Virus record (IMG/VR): IMGVR_UViG_3300005470_000001
Length of the DNA: 33,080 nucleotides
From: an uncultured virus (IMG/VR IMGVR_UViG_3300005470_000001)
Taxonomy: Duplodnaviria > Heunggongvirae > Uroviricota > Caudoviricetes
Reading direction: 5' to 3' (one strand)
Below are positions 15,787 to 24,056 of this stretch, piece by piece. The position numbers and the translations under genes are program-made. The first letter of the stretch is position 1. Each line of letters starts with the position of its first letter. Under the pieces are notes generated by a model that was given only the letters and a program-made list of their open reading frames with translations, was not told where the DNA came from and made no database searches.

Positions 15787-16218
15787 TCAATTTAAAAGAC
15801 GTACAACACAATCTACAAGTATACCATCAGAATTGGTAACATTACAAATCATTTTATCATTTTCAGAACTATGTATAGTAAAAGCAAGACCGTCTGCTTT
15901 AAAATACCATAGTCTTTTTTCGAATATTTTTCCAGTAAATACTAGATAATCAATGACTTTAATTCTTTCAGATGTTGTTATATCAAGAGTTATTTTATCA
16001 ACAATTGCCATTAAGATAGAATAAGTATAACCAAATATTTCTGGAACAACAATTCCATCTAGTTTTTTTGAATTAGTACAGAGATAAATCTCTTTATGGT
16101 TTTCAATATTTTCAACAGAAATACAACCTTTGTATAGTACTCCGTCTATTTCTATTACAACTACACTACCATGTGTATATTTGGTAAAATGATGATCGAG
16201 AATTAGGTTATTGTCCAT
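15787..16218 (-). CDS. Hypothetical protein
   Basis: 143-aa ORF. Confidence 0.7.
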   Translation of the reverse strand: MDNNLILDHHFTKYTHGSVVVIEIDGVLYKGCISVENIENHKEIYLCTNSKKLDGIVVPEIFGYTYSILMAIVDKITLDITTSERIKVIDYLVFTGKIFEKRLWYFKADGLAFTIHSSENDKMICNVTNSDGILVDCVVRLLN

Positions 16219-16593
16219 TTTATTTAAAAGTTATAAGTTGAATTGACTAATGCATAATTTAGTGCAGATTGTAAATTGGGCTATATTAATAGTGAATAGT
16301 GAATTTGTGTTTTGTGGTAATAGTTGAAATAAGTGGGGATTTGGTCTAACCCCTTGTCTCACAACACTTTACAGTCATTTGACCCTCTCAAAACTCTCTC
16401 AAAAACTATTTCAAAACTTCATTTGACCAACAATTAGTCAAATCATCCTAATAACTTTCTACATTACCCTAACATTACCCTAACTTATATTAAAATAACA
16501 ACTTAGCTCACATGTAAACGCCTACATAACATTATGTTAACCAAATAAAAAAAATAACTATTAGATTGAGTGTAAAAAGAGGAAAACCCGGGA

Positions 16594-16620
16594 TAAATAA
16601 AGGGGAAGTTTCCTCCCCCT
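16594..16620 (-). terminator. Intrinsic terminator
   Basis: GGGGGAG-GAAA-CTTCCCC followed by TTTATTT, just after the stop of 16633-17229. Confidence 0.75.
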
Positions 16621-16632
16621 CTACCAAACCAC

Positions 16633-17229
16633 TCAAGCAAGCTGCTCACAACGCGACAGCAACTTTGCAGCCTCCGCTGCTGCAACTTTCTCTTCAGTAG
16701 CTAAATGTAAATCCATACAAGTATACTCTTCAGCTTCTGAGTACACACGAAGATCTACATCTTCATGTGCCTCAGCTGTAGTAGAGAAACCATGCAGGTG
16801 ATACACAGGCAAATTGTTTCTCTTGTCAACAATGTCAACAAGCTCTCCATTTGCAGATACTTTCCTGGAACGCTGGTTGTTTGCAATAGCGTCAATCGTA
16901 GTACGACCAACAGCAATTGCAGCCTTTAGTTCCTCGGTGAGGATTGGCTCATTACTGATAATCTTCCAAATGCGACAATTCGGGTTCGAATCAAGCGCAT
17001 TCTGGATATCCTTCTCAGATTTAGAGATAGGTACACGAAGGATAACGGTTCTTGACGAGGGATAAGGAGTACCCTTATCTGCAAACAGACTGTCTTTGGT
17101 GCTATTGTTAGTACCATAATAAGTCATCACAGGCTGACGAAGCAAGACATTCTTGTGAGTATCGCTAGGATACTTGCTGTCAACGTATTTGTCGAAGACA
17201 GTCTTGCCAAATTCCATTGAAATTGCCAT
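16633..17229 (-). CDS. Hypothetical early protein
   Basis: 198 aa; flanked by its own motif copy and terminator. Confidence 0.85.
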   Translation of the reverse strand: MAISMEFGKTVFDKYVDSKYPSDTHKNVLLRQPVMTYYGTNNSTKDSLFADKGTPYPSSRTVILRVPISKSEKDIQNALDSNPNCRIWKIISNEPILTEELKAAIAVGRTTIDAIANNQRSRKVSANGELVDIVDKRNNLPVYHLHGFSTTAEAHEDVDLRVYSEAEEYTCMDLHLATEEKVAAAEAAKLLSRCEQLA

Positions 17230-17382
17230 GATAGTTGTATTTTATTTAGTTGAATTAGTTGTTTAATACATTGTCACATAAACGCAACAATGCTAAAAAT
17301 TAGATTGAGTGTAAACGGGGGAGAATTGAAAAAGGTTACAGACTACAACAGAGTTTGTTACTCTATTATAGTCTGTAAGAGG

Positions 17383-17562
17383 TTAGGCACGCCATACAAT
17401 TTGGCGTTTGTCAGCATCACACGCTGACCACATGACCCTCATAGTTTCAACACTATAGGTCTGGTCAGCCTTGTAAGACTTGAATGGGCCATTAACCTCG
17501 TTTTTCCCGAGGTTGTAGAACCAAGCTCCGTTGAGCTTGATTTTGGAAACGGTCTTTGTCAT
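17383..17562 (-). CDS. 59-aa early protein (MTKTVSKIKLNGAWFYNLGKNEVNGPF...)
   Basis: Hand translation; lies between motif copy 17599 and the hairpin at 17336-17378. Confidence 0.65.
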   Translation of the reverse strand: MTKTVSKIKLNGAWFYNLGKNEVNGPFKSYKADQTYSVETMRVMWSACDADKRQIVWRA

Positions 17563-17671
17563 GATAATAGATGTTTTGAGGTTTGAAGAAGCTGAAAATT
17601 AGATTGAGTGTTAACGGGTAATTGTTGGGTAATACTATACCCAGTATTGGTTACCGGGTATAGTTGTACTA

Positions 17672-18019
17672 TTAGCAGCCTTCATTCAGAAGTACAATTC
17701 GAATATAAGGATCCTTTGGCTCTAATCTGCCGTAATTCATGTACTTCTCAATTATTTCATCTACTTCACGTGGACTTTCAGCGAAGAAAGTATACATGTG
17801 TGCACCAAACATGTTGTCTGTGGATTCACCAGTAGTATATACTGCTTTATCATACACCTTGATAACAATGTTGTAGGCATAGTCGTCGTCATTTCCAAGT
17901 ATCACAGATAGAGCCTGAAGTTCTGTTCTTGCAACTTGGATAAGAGCAGATGCTACCCCTGTGTTATTTCTTGATAATGCTTCCTTGATTGCTTTGATGC
18001 TTTTCATGTTAATCTCCAT
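17672..18019 (-). CDS. Hypothetical early protein
   Basis: 115 aa, downstream of motif copy 18047. Confidence 0.7.
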   Translation of the reverse strand: MEINMKSIKAIKEALSRNNTGVASALIQVARTELQALSVILGNDDDYAYNIVIKVYDKAVYTTGESTDNMFGAHMYTFFAESPREVDEIIEKYMNYGRLEPKDPYIRIVLLNEGC

Positions 18020-18356
18020 TGTTTGTTGAAATGTTACTGCTGAGAATTAGCTTATGTGTAAACGGAATACTATACCCAATGGATTACCGACTATTGTGTA
18101 ATACTGATCACTGGGTATAGTATATAGTATACTACACTACATCTTCATCTACATCTTCATCATCACTAGTTAGACACAGAGTGTAGTAGTCTGTATCATC
18201 ACCAACACAACCAGATAGTTCATCTGGTGTGAGAACCTTACCAAGCAAAGTACACATCTTCTTTAATTGTTTAAGGTGGAAGAAATGTTACTACCAAAAG
18301 AGTGGCGGGGGTATTTCGGTAGCCTAAAATTCGATGGGGTGTTAACGGGGTACACT

Positions 18357-18470
18357 CACCCACTTATAATTATCAAAAAAAATTATTCACCCACTCACAA
18401 TTATCAAAAAATTTTTCACCCCTCTAACAACTACCAAAAAATTTTTTAAAAAAATTTCAAAAAAAATTTT
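18357..18470. repeat. Three ~30-bp imperfect tandem repeats followed by phased A/T tracts
   Basis: cacccac..aattatcaaaaaa units at 18357, 18388 and 18417. Confidence 0.7.
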
Positions 18471-18530
18471 GTTTTCTCTTTTCTTTTATTAAATTACTAT
18501 ATGTAATTTATTAAAATTTAATATTGAAAT

Positions 18531-18887
18531 ATGAACACATCAACAATAAGTAAGACATTAAGATTGTCTTCAGATGATTATTACCGCATACACATGGAAA
18601 TCATAAATCCAATATTACCAGTTAAATTATCACATAAAGAAATAGAAATACTTTCAATATTTATGTCTTTTACAGGTACTCTTGCTGAGAATAGATTTAG
18701 TACTACAGGTAAAAAATTAGTAAGAGAAAAATTAAAACTTTCACATCAAAGTCTTTCTAATTATATTATATCACTCTCGAAAAAAGGATTTCTTATTAAT
18801 AATAATAATGAACTTTCACTTTTACCAATATTATTTCCTAATAACAAAGAACAAATATATCTTATAAAATTGATAAACAATGCTTGA
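18531..18887 (+). CDS. Winged-HTH-type DNA-binding protein
   Basis: LS.KE.EIL...VREKLKLS.QSLSNYI..L.KKGFL pattern. Confidence 0.65.
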   Translation: MNTSTISKTLRLSSDDYYRIHMEIINPILPVKLSHKEIEILSIFMSFTGTLAENRFSTTGKKLVREKLKLSHQSLSNYIISLSKKGFLINNNNELSLLPILFPNNKEQIYLIKLINNA

Positions 18888-19176
18888 TGAATTTTATGAA
18901 CTCAATAAACATCTTTATCCAAATTTAACAAAAGAACATTTTATTGCTATAGCTAAAGGACCATTTTCCCTAGTAAAACATACAATGAAAAGTGGTACAT
19001 TAGAAGAAATAAGAATAAAAAGATTAGGTGTTTTCAGAGTATTTCCAGGTACAACAAAAAGAATTAGAAAAAATACAGAGGATTACTTTAAAAGAAAATT
19101 AATACCTGAAAAAGAATACAATAGACTTATAAACATGATAGATAATTACGAAAATGAATTACAAAGAAAAAGCTGA
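18880..19176 (+). CDS. HU/IHF-like DNA-binding protein
   Basis: EEIRIKRLGVFRV resembles the HU beta-arm motif; typical position in crAss-like packaging modules. Confidence 0.6.
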   Translation: MLDEFYELNKHLYPNLTKEHFIAIAKGPFSLVKHTMKSGTLEEIRIKRLGVFRVFPGTTKRIRKNTEDYFKRKLIPEKEYNRLINMIDNYENELQRKS

Positions 19177-19918
19177 ACAAGCTTATGCATATCTTGAAAA
19201 TTACTGGAAATTTAATAAACTAGATTTCAGTGAACCAATTCCAAATATATTAGAATCAAGACAAAAAGTAGCTAAAATGCAGACATTTTTAGCTACCTTG
19301 AATTCAAGAGTCGGTAAAATAGATGGTTTATGGGGAGAAAATACAGATTCTGCATATGATATATTTATAGAAAAACAAAAAAAAGGTAAAGTTTTAAGTT
19401 TTAGAACAGATACAGTAAATAATGTACCTCATCTTAAAACACCATATCCAAGATATAAGGATATTGAACTATTTTATGGTAAATTAGCTGATATACCAAA
19501 AAATATTGTTACTATTAAAATACCTTATAAACATTATTTAGCTTGGAATACACATAAAAGTGTAACAAAAGTATCTTGTCATAAAAAGATTTCTGATGTA
19601 TACCTTAATATATTAGAAGAAACATTGAAGATTTATGGTCAAAATAATATACACAAACTTGGTTTAGATTTATTTGGTGGTTGTTATGTTGCTCCACCAA
19701 GAAAAATGAGAGGTGGTAATAATATATCTACACACTCTTATGGGATAGCATTTGATTATAATCCTGAAAACAATCAATTAAAATGGGGTAGAGAAAAAGC
19801 AGTTTTTGCAAAACCTGATTATGCTGATTGGATGGATATATGGTCTAATAATGGGGCCATCAATTTAGGTGAAACAAAAAATTATGATTGGCAACATTTT
19901 CAATTTAATACTTTTTAA
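19154..19918 (+). CDS. Endolysin: peptidoglycan-binding motif plus M15 Zn peptidase
   Basis: IDGLWGENT PG-binding motif; R.MRGG..STHSYGIAFD and DWQHFQ catalytic motifs. Confidence 0.85.
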   Translation: MNYKEKAEQAYAYLENYWKFNKLDFSEPIPNILESRQKVAKMQTFLATLNSRVGKIDGLWGENTDSAYDIFIEKQKKGKVLSFRTDTVNNVPHLKTPYPRYKDIELFYGKLADIPKNIVTIKIPYKHYLAWNTHKSVTKVSCHKKISDVYLNILEETLKIYGQNNIHKLGLDLFGGCYVAPPRKMRGGNNISTHSYGIAFDYNPENNQLKWGREKAVFAKPDYADWMDIWSNNGAINLGETKNYDWQHFQFNTF

Positions 19919-19936
19919 TAATACAAAAATACGACA

Positions 19937-20185
19937 ATGGCACTTAGAAGTTATACACAAGATTTACATAAAGAACTAATAAAATATTTAAAGGCTAATA
20001 GAAAAGAAAAAGGTGAATCATTTCCTATCATATATATTTCACCAGAATTTTTTAATGGTTTATATGCAGAAAATCCTCTTGAATTAGATACATCATTAGG
20101 TAAATATTGTATGACATTTGATAAATATTCAATTGTAATAAAAAAGAAACTAAGTAATTCTAATAATCAAATTCAAATTATATGA
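19937..20185 (+). CDS. Hypothetical protein
   Basis: Operon packing. Confidence 0.6.
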   Translation: MALRSYTQDLHKELIKYLKANRKEKGESFPIIYISPEFFNGLYAENPLELDTSLGKYCMTFDKYSIVIKKKLSNSNNQIQII

Positions 20186-20418
20186 TTTGTAGAATAAAAA
20201 ATATTGTTAATCAGGAAGAAATAGAAACAGCTGAAAAATGTGGTTATAATATTCCAGAAGAAATAACAAGTTGGGATAATTTTTGGTTTAATGAAGATGA
20301 AATAAAAAGAGCTTATATTACATATAATGATAATATCAATATTGTTTTTGACGATGAATATTATACAGTAGAAAAAACAGATAGAATGATCCATTTTCTT
20401 TATAAAAAATTCAAATGA
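20182..20418 (+). CDS. Hypothetical protein
   Basis: ATGA overlaps on both sides. Confidence 0.65.
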   Translation: MICRIKNIVNQEEIETAEKCGYNIPEEITSWDNFWFNEDEIKRAYITYNDNINIVFDDEYYTVEKTDRMIHFLYKKFK

Positions 20419-20990
20419 ATATATTTCAAATAGAAAATAATATTGTGGTTCCTACTCCACAAGCACTTCTTATTAAACCCTTTAAAATCATTTGGGATAG
20501 AGATAAAAGTAAGAAAAAAGAACAGGCTATCAAAGAATTTTCATATATTGAATTTATGTCTTCATATCAAAAAAATAATCCTTTTATTAACTATGAACCT
20601 TTTATGAGACATAGAAAAATATGTGAACATGTATTTGGTGATCCCAAATATATTCCTGATGCACAAGTTAAAAACGCACAGGAAGTTTATGAAGAAATTC
20701 AAAACGAAGGTTCTGTTTCATTGAGATTTTATAAATCTTTGGTTACAGCAGTAGAAAAATTAATAAAATTTGCAGAAGATGTAGATTTAACAGCAAGAGA
20801 TAATAGAGGTAGTGCTGTATATACACCTGCTCATATTACTCAAATTACATCAAAAGCATATGATACCTTAAAACAATTGTCATTAATGGAAACAAAAGTC
20901 CAACAAGACTTATATGAATCATCCAAAACAAGAGGTAATAGAGAAATTAATCACTTTGAAATTAGACCAGATGAGGTAGAATCATTATGA
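20415..20990 (+). CDS. Conserved crAss-like protein upstream of TerL (possible terminase small subunit)
   Basis: PF..IWDRDKSK.K..A.KE..YI.F motif; position. Confidence 0.6.
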   Translation: MNIFQIENNIVVPTPQALLIKPFKIIWDRDKSKKKEQAIKEFSYIEFMSSYQKNNPFINYEPFMRHRKICEHVFGDPKYIPDAQVKNAQEVYEEIQNEGSVSLRFYKSLVTAVEKLIKFAEDVDLTARDNRGSAVYTPAHITQITSKAYDTLKQLSLMETKVQQDLYESSKTRGNREINHFEIRPDEVESL

Positions 20991-21925
20991 AATTAACTGA
21001 AGAACAAAAAAAAGAAATATTATTTTTACATAAAAAAGGTAAATCAAGTAGAGAAATAGCACAGATTATATTAGGTAGAAAATCAAGAAAAACTACAGTA
21101 ACAGATTACTTAAAAGACAAAAAAAATAATTTGATTTCAATACCAAAAGCTAAAATTCTTATACTTGATATTGAAACTTCTCCCTGTCTTGCTTATTATT
21201 GGAAACGTTGGAAAGAAAATATTTCAGAAGCACAAGCAGTATCTGAATCATTTATACTTACATATTCTGCTAAATGGCTTGGGGACAGTGAAATATTATT
21301 TGATTATTTAAGTGTTGATGAAACAGATAGAGAAGATGATTCCAGGCTTCTTGGTAATCTCCACAAGATTCTTTCATCAGCTGATATTGTTGTAGCACAT
21401 AATGCACTGAATTTTGATATACCAGTAATACAAACACGATTGTTATCCAATGGATTTACAGAACCATTACCTTATAAAATAATAGACACATTAAAAATAG
21501 CTAAACGTTATTTTAGATTTCCATCAAACAGTTTACTTTCACTTGCTAAATATCTCAACCTTACTAATAAAACATCACCAGTTGGTGGATTTCAATTGTG
21601 GAGAGATTATCTTTCAGGTATACCAGAAGCCGTACAAAATATGGTAGAATATAACATGAACGATGTAGTAGTACTTGAAGAACTTTATCTTAAAATAAGA
21701 GCATGGGATAAATTGCATCCTAATGTAGCATTATATACAAAAGGAGAAGTAATGGTGTGCCCCACATGTGGTGCTGATCATACACACATTAGTACAACAG
21801 GTAAGTTTGCTTATACAACTGTATCTGCTTTTCCTGTATATACTTGTGATGCTTGTGGAAAGAATTTTAGGGGTAGAAAAAGTAATAATAATAAAACAAA
21901 TCTTGGATTAAACATACAATTATAA
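20987..21925 (+). CDS. DEDD 3'-5' exonuclease (RNase_H_2/PolB-exo-like) with N-terminal HTH and C-terminal Zn ribbon
   Basis: LDIETSP, AHNALNFD, IDTL, YNMNDV; CPTC...CDAC. Confidence 0.85.
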   Translation: MKLTEEQKKEILFLHKKGKSSREIAQIILGRKSRKTTVTDYLKDKKNNLISIPKAKILILDIETSPCLAYYWKRWKENISEAQAVSESFILTYSAKWLGDSEILFDYLSVDETDREDDSRLLGNLHKILSSADIVVAHNALNFDIPVIQTRLLSNGFTEPLPYKIIDTLKIAKRYFRFPSNSLLSLAKYLNLTNKTSPVGGFQLWRDYLSGIPEAVQNMVEYNMNDVVVLEELYLKIRAWDKLHPNVALYTKGEVMVCPTCGADHTHISTTGKFAYTTVSAFPVYTCDACGKNFRGRKSNNNKTNLGLNIQL

Positions 21926-21937
21926 AACAGCCTGTGC

Positions 21938-24031
21938 ATGTCAGCAGTAGACTCTATTAGAAATTCAGATGGTATTTGGATCAATACAAATTGCTTCAGG
22001 GAAGAAGGTTTATCTTTTCAGAAAAATAAATACTATACCCCTGAAGCATGGGGATCACCAGCCTGGGTAGAATATTGGAATGAACAACTCAGAAGATGCA
22101 AAGAAGGTTATTCTGTAGGTGGTGCTTATATCACAGGTCATCATTACTTCTATCTTAATTTCACTAATATCATGTTGACTAAAGATAAAGGTGAAGAAAA
22201 GGTTGTAAAAGATATTAAAAAAACTAGTGGTTCTAAAGTATCAGTATGTCCTGATTTTTGGGATGGTGATTATAATTACTTTCATGCTCTTGATATTGCA
22301 AGAAATGGATGTACCAGAGAATATTTTGATAATCTTAATTTAGGATTAACTGTTCAAGATAGATTCCTCACTGGTGGATATCATATGATTGTCGGCAAAG
22401 CACGTAGAAAAGGATTTTCATATAAATCAGCTGCTATATGTACTAATATATATAATACAGAACCTGATTCACTTGTTATTATTGGTGCATTTGATAAGAA
22501 ATTCTTATATCCACGTGGTACAATGGGTATGACAAGTAGATTTATGGATTTCTTGAATGCTAATACTGGATGGAGAAAAGCTAGAGAATTTGTTGATAAA
22601 CAGGAACATAGAAAAGCATCATATAAAAGTTTTAAATCTGGTGTACCTGTTGAAAACGGTTATATGTCAGAAATCATAGCTTTAACTTTTGGTGATAACC
22701 CAGATGCAGCTCGTGGTAAAGATGCAAAACTTATTTTATTTGAAGAAGCAGGTAAATTTAATAACCTGAAAGATTCATATATGGCTACAAAAGAATCATT
22801 GGAAGATGGTGCTTTTATTACTGGTCAAATGATTATACAGGGTACTTCGGGTGATATGGAAGGTGGTACTATTGATTTTGCAGATATGTATTATAATCCT
22901 GAAGCTTATGATTTATTTCCTTTTAATAATATATGGGATGAAAATGCAGAGCATTCATTGTGTGGTTATTTTCATCCTGAAACATTGAATCTTGTTGGTT
23001 TTTATGACAAGGAAGGTAACTCTGATGTTGAAAATGCAAAAAATTATGAATTAAATAAAAGAGAAGTTTTAAGAAAAGCTGCAAATTCTTCATATGTATT
23101 ACAGAAAAGAATGCAGGAAAAACCATTATGTCCAAGTGAAGCTTTTTTAACAGTATCTACAAATGATTTTCCTATAGTAGAATTACAACATCAATTAGAT
23201 TTAGTAAGAAGAGAGAATTTACATGTAAAGAAAAGTATGCCTGTTACTTTATATAGAGAAGAAGAAACAAATAAAGTTAAGGTTAAGTTAGATTTAAATG
23301 GTACATTAAAGCCTATTAATTCTTATAAAATTAAAGATGAAGATATAAGAGGTTCTGTAGTTATTTATGAGTATCCTGTTCCAGATGCACCAAAAGGTTT
23401 ATATAAAATAGGATATGATCCTTATAGACAAAATCAGGCATTAAGTAGTACTTCTTTAGGTGCTACATATGTATATAAAGGTGTATTACAAGGATCAGCT
23501 ACATATGATTGTATAGTAGCATCTTATATAGGTAGACCAAATACATCTGATGATTATAATAGAAATCTTGAGATGTTAGCAGAATTATATAATGCTGAAA
23601 TAGGATATGAAAATGAAGTAACAGAAGTAAGATCTTATTTTACTAAAAGAAAAAAATTACATTTACTTGCTGTACAACCAGATGCTATTATCTCAGCTAC
23701 TATTAAAAATTCAAAAGTTGCTCGTGTATATGGTATACATATGAATGAAAAACTTAAAGATGCTGGAGAAAAATATCTTAAACAATGGTTATTAACAGAA
23801 AAAAATATTGACGAAAACGATAAACTTATTCTCAATCTAAATACTATTTATGATATAGGATTACTTGAAGAACTAATTCAATATAATAGAAAAGGAAACT
23901 TTGACAGAATTAGTGCAATGATTGTATTAATGATGTTTATTGAAAATGATGGAGAAAATAAAATTCATAATAAAAAACAAGAAGACGATGAAAAGTTTTG
24001 GGATAGCTTTGCACGATCTTTATTCAGATAA
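21938..24031 (+). CDS. terL: Terminase large subunit
   Basis: Walker A GKARRKGFSY, Walker B LILFEEAGKF, nuclease IGYDPY and GNFDR. Confidence 0.93.
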   Translation: MSAVDSIRNSDGIWINTNCFREEGLSFQKNKYYTPEAWGSPAWVEYWNEQLRRCKEGYSVGGAYITGHHYFYLNFTNIMLTKDKGEEKVVKDIKKTSGSKVSVCPDFWDGDYNYFHALDIARNGCTREYFDNLNLGLTVQDRFLTGGYHMIVGKARRKGFSYKSAAICTNIYNTEPDSLVIIGAFDKKFLYPRGTMGMTSRFMDFLNANTGWRKAREFVDKQEHRKASYKSFKSGVPVENGYMSEIIALTFGDNPDAARGKDAKLILFEEAGKFNNLKDSYMATKESLEDGAFITGQMIIQGTSGDMEGGTIDFADMYYNPEAYDLFPFNNIWDENAEHSLCGYFHPETLNLVGFYDKEGNSDVENAKNYELNKREVLRKAANSSYVLQKRMQEKPLCPSEAFLTVSTNDFPIVELQHQLDLVRRENLHVKKSMPVTLYREEETNKVKVKLDLNGTLKPINSYKIKDEDIRGSVVIYEYPVPDAPKGLYKIGYDPYRQNQALSSTSLGATYVYKGVLQGSATYDCIVASYIGRPNTSDDYNRNLEMLAELYNAEIGYENEVTEVRSYFTKRKKLHLLAVQPDAIISATIKNSKVARVYGIHMNEKLKDAGEKYLKQWLLTEKNIDENDKLILNLNTIYDIGLLEELIQYNRKGNFDRISAMIVLMMFIENDGENKIHNKKQEDDEKFWDSFARSLFR

Positions 24032-24056
24032 TTAACTTTAACATATATTAAATAAA

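Larger units (their letters stand above)
16503..18347 (-). promoter_or_regulatory. Six copies of an ~18-bp motif (minus-strand consensus CGTTTACACTCAATCTAA), candidate phage early promoter
   Basis: Copies at 16503, 16561, 17300, 17599, 18047 and 18330, all in the same orientation and outside credible genes. Confidence 0.65.

Noticed and set aside
16503..18347. CRISPR array or att sites from the repeated 18-mer
   Set aside because: Irregular spacing (58-739 bp) with genes in between, degenerate copies, and no cas or integrase gene
18267..18449. 60-aa plus-strand ORF at the strand switch
   Set aside because: TTG start, and it merely translates the motif copy and tandem repeats
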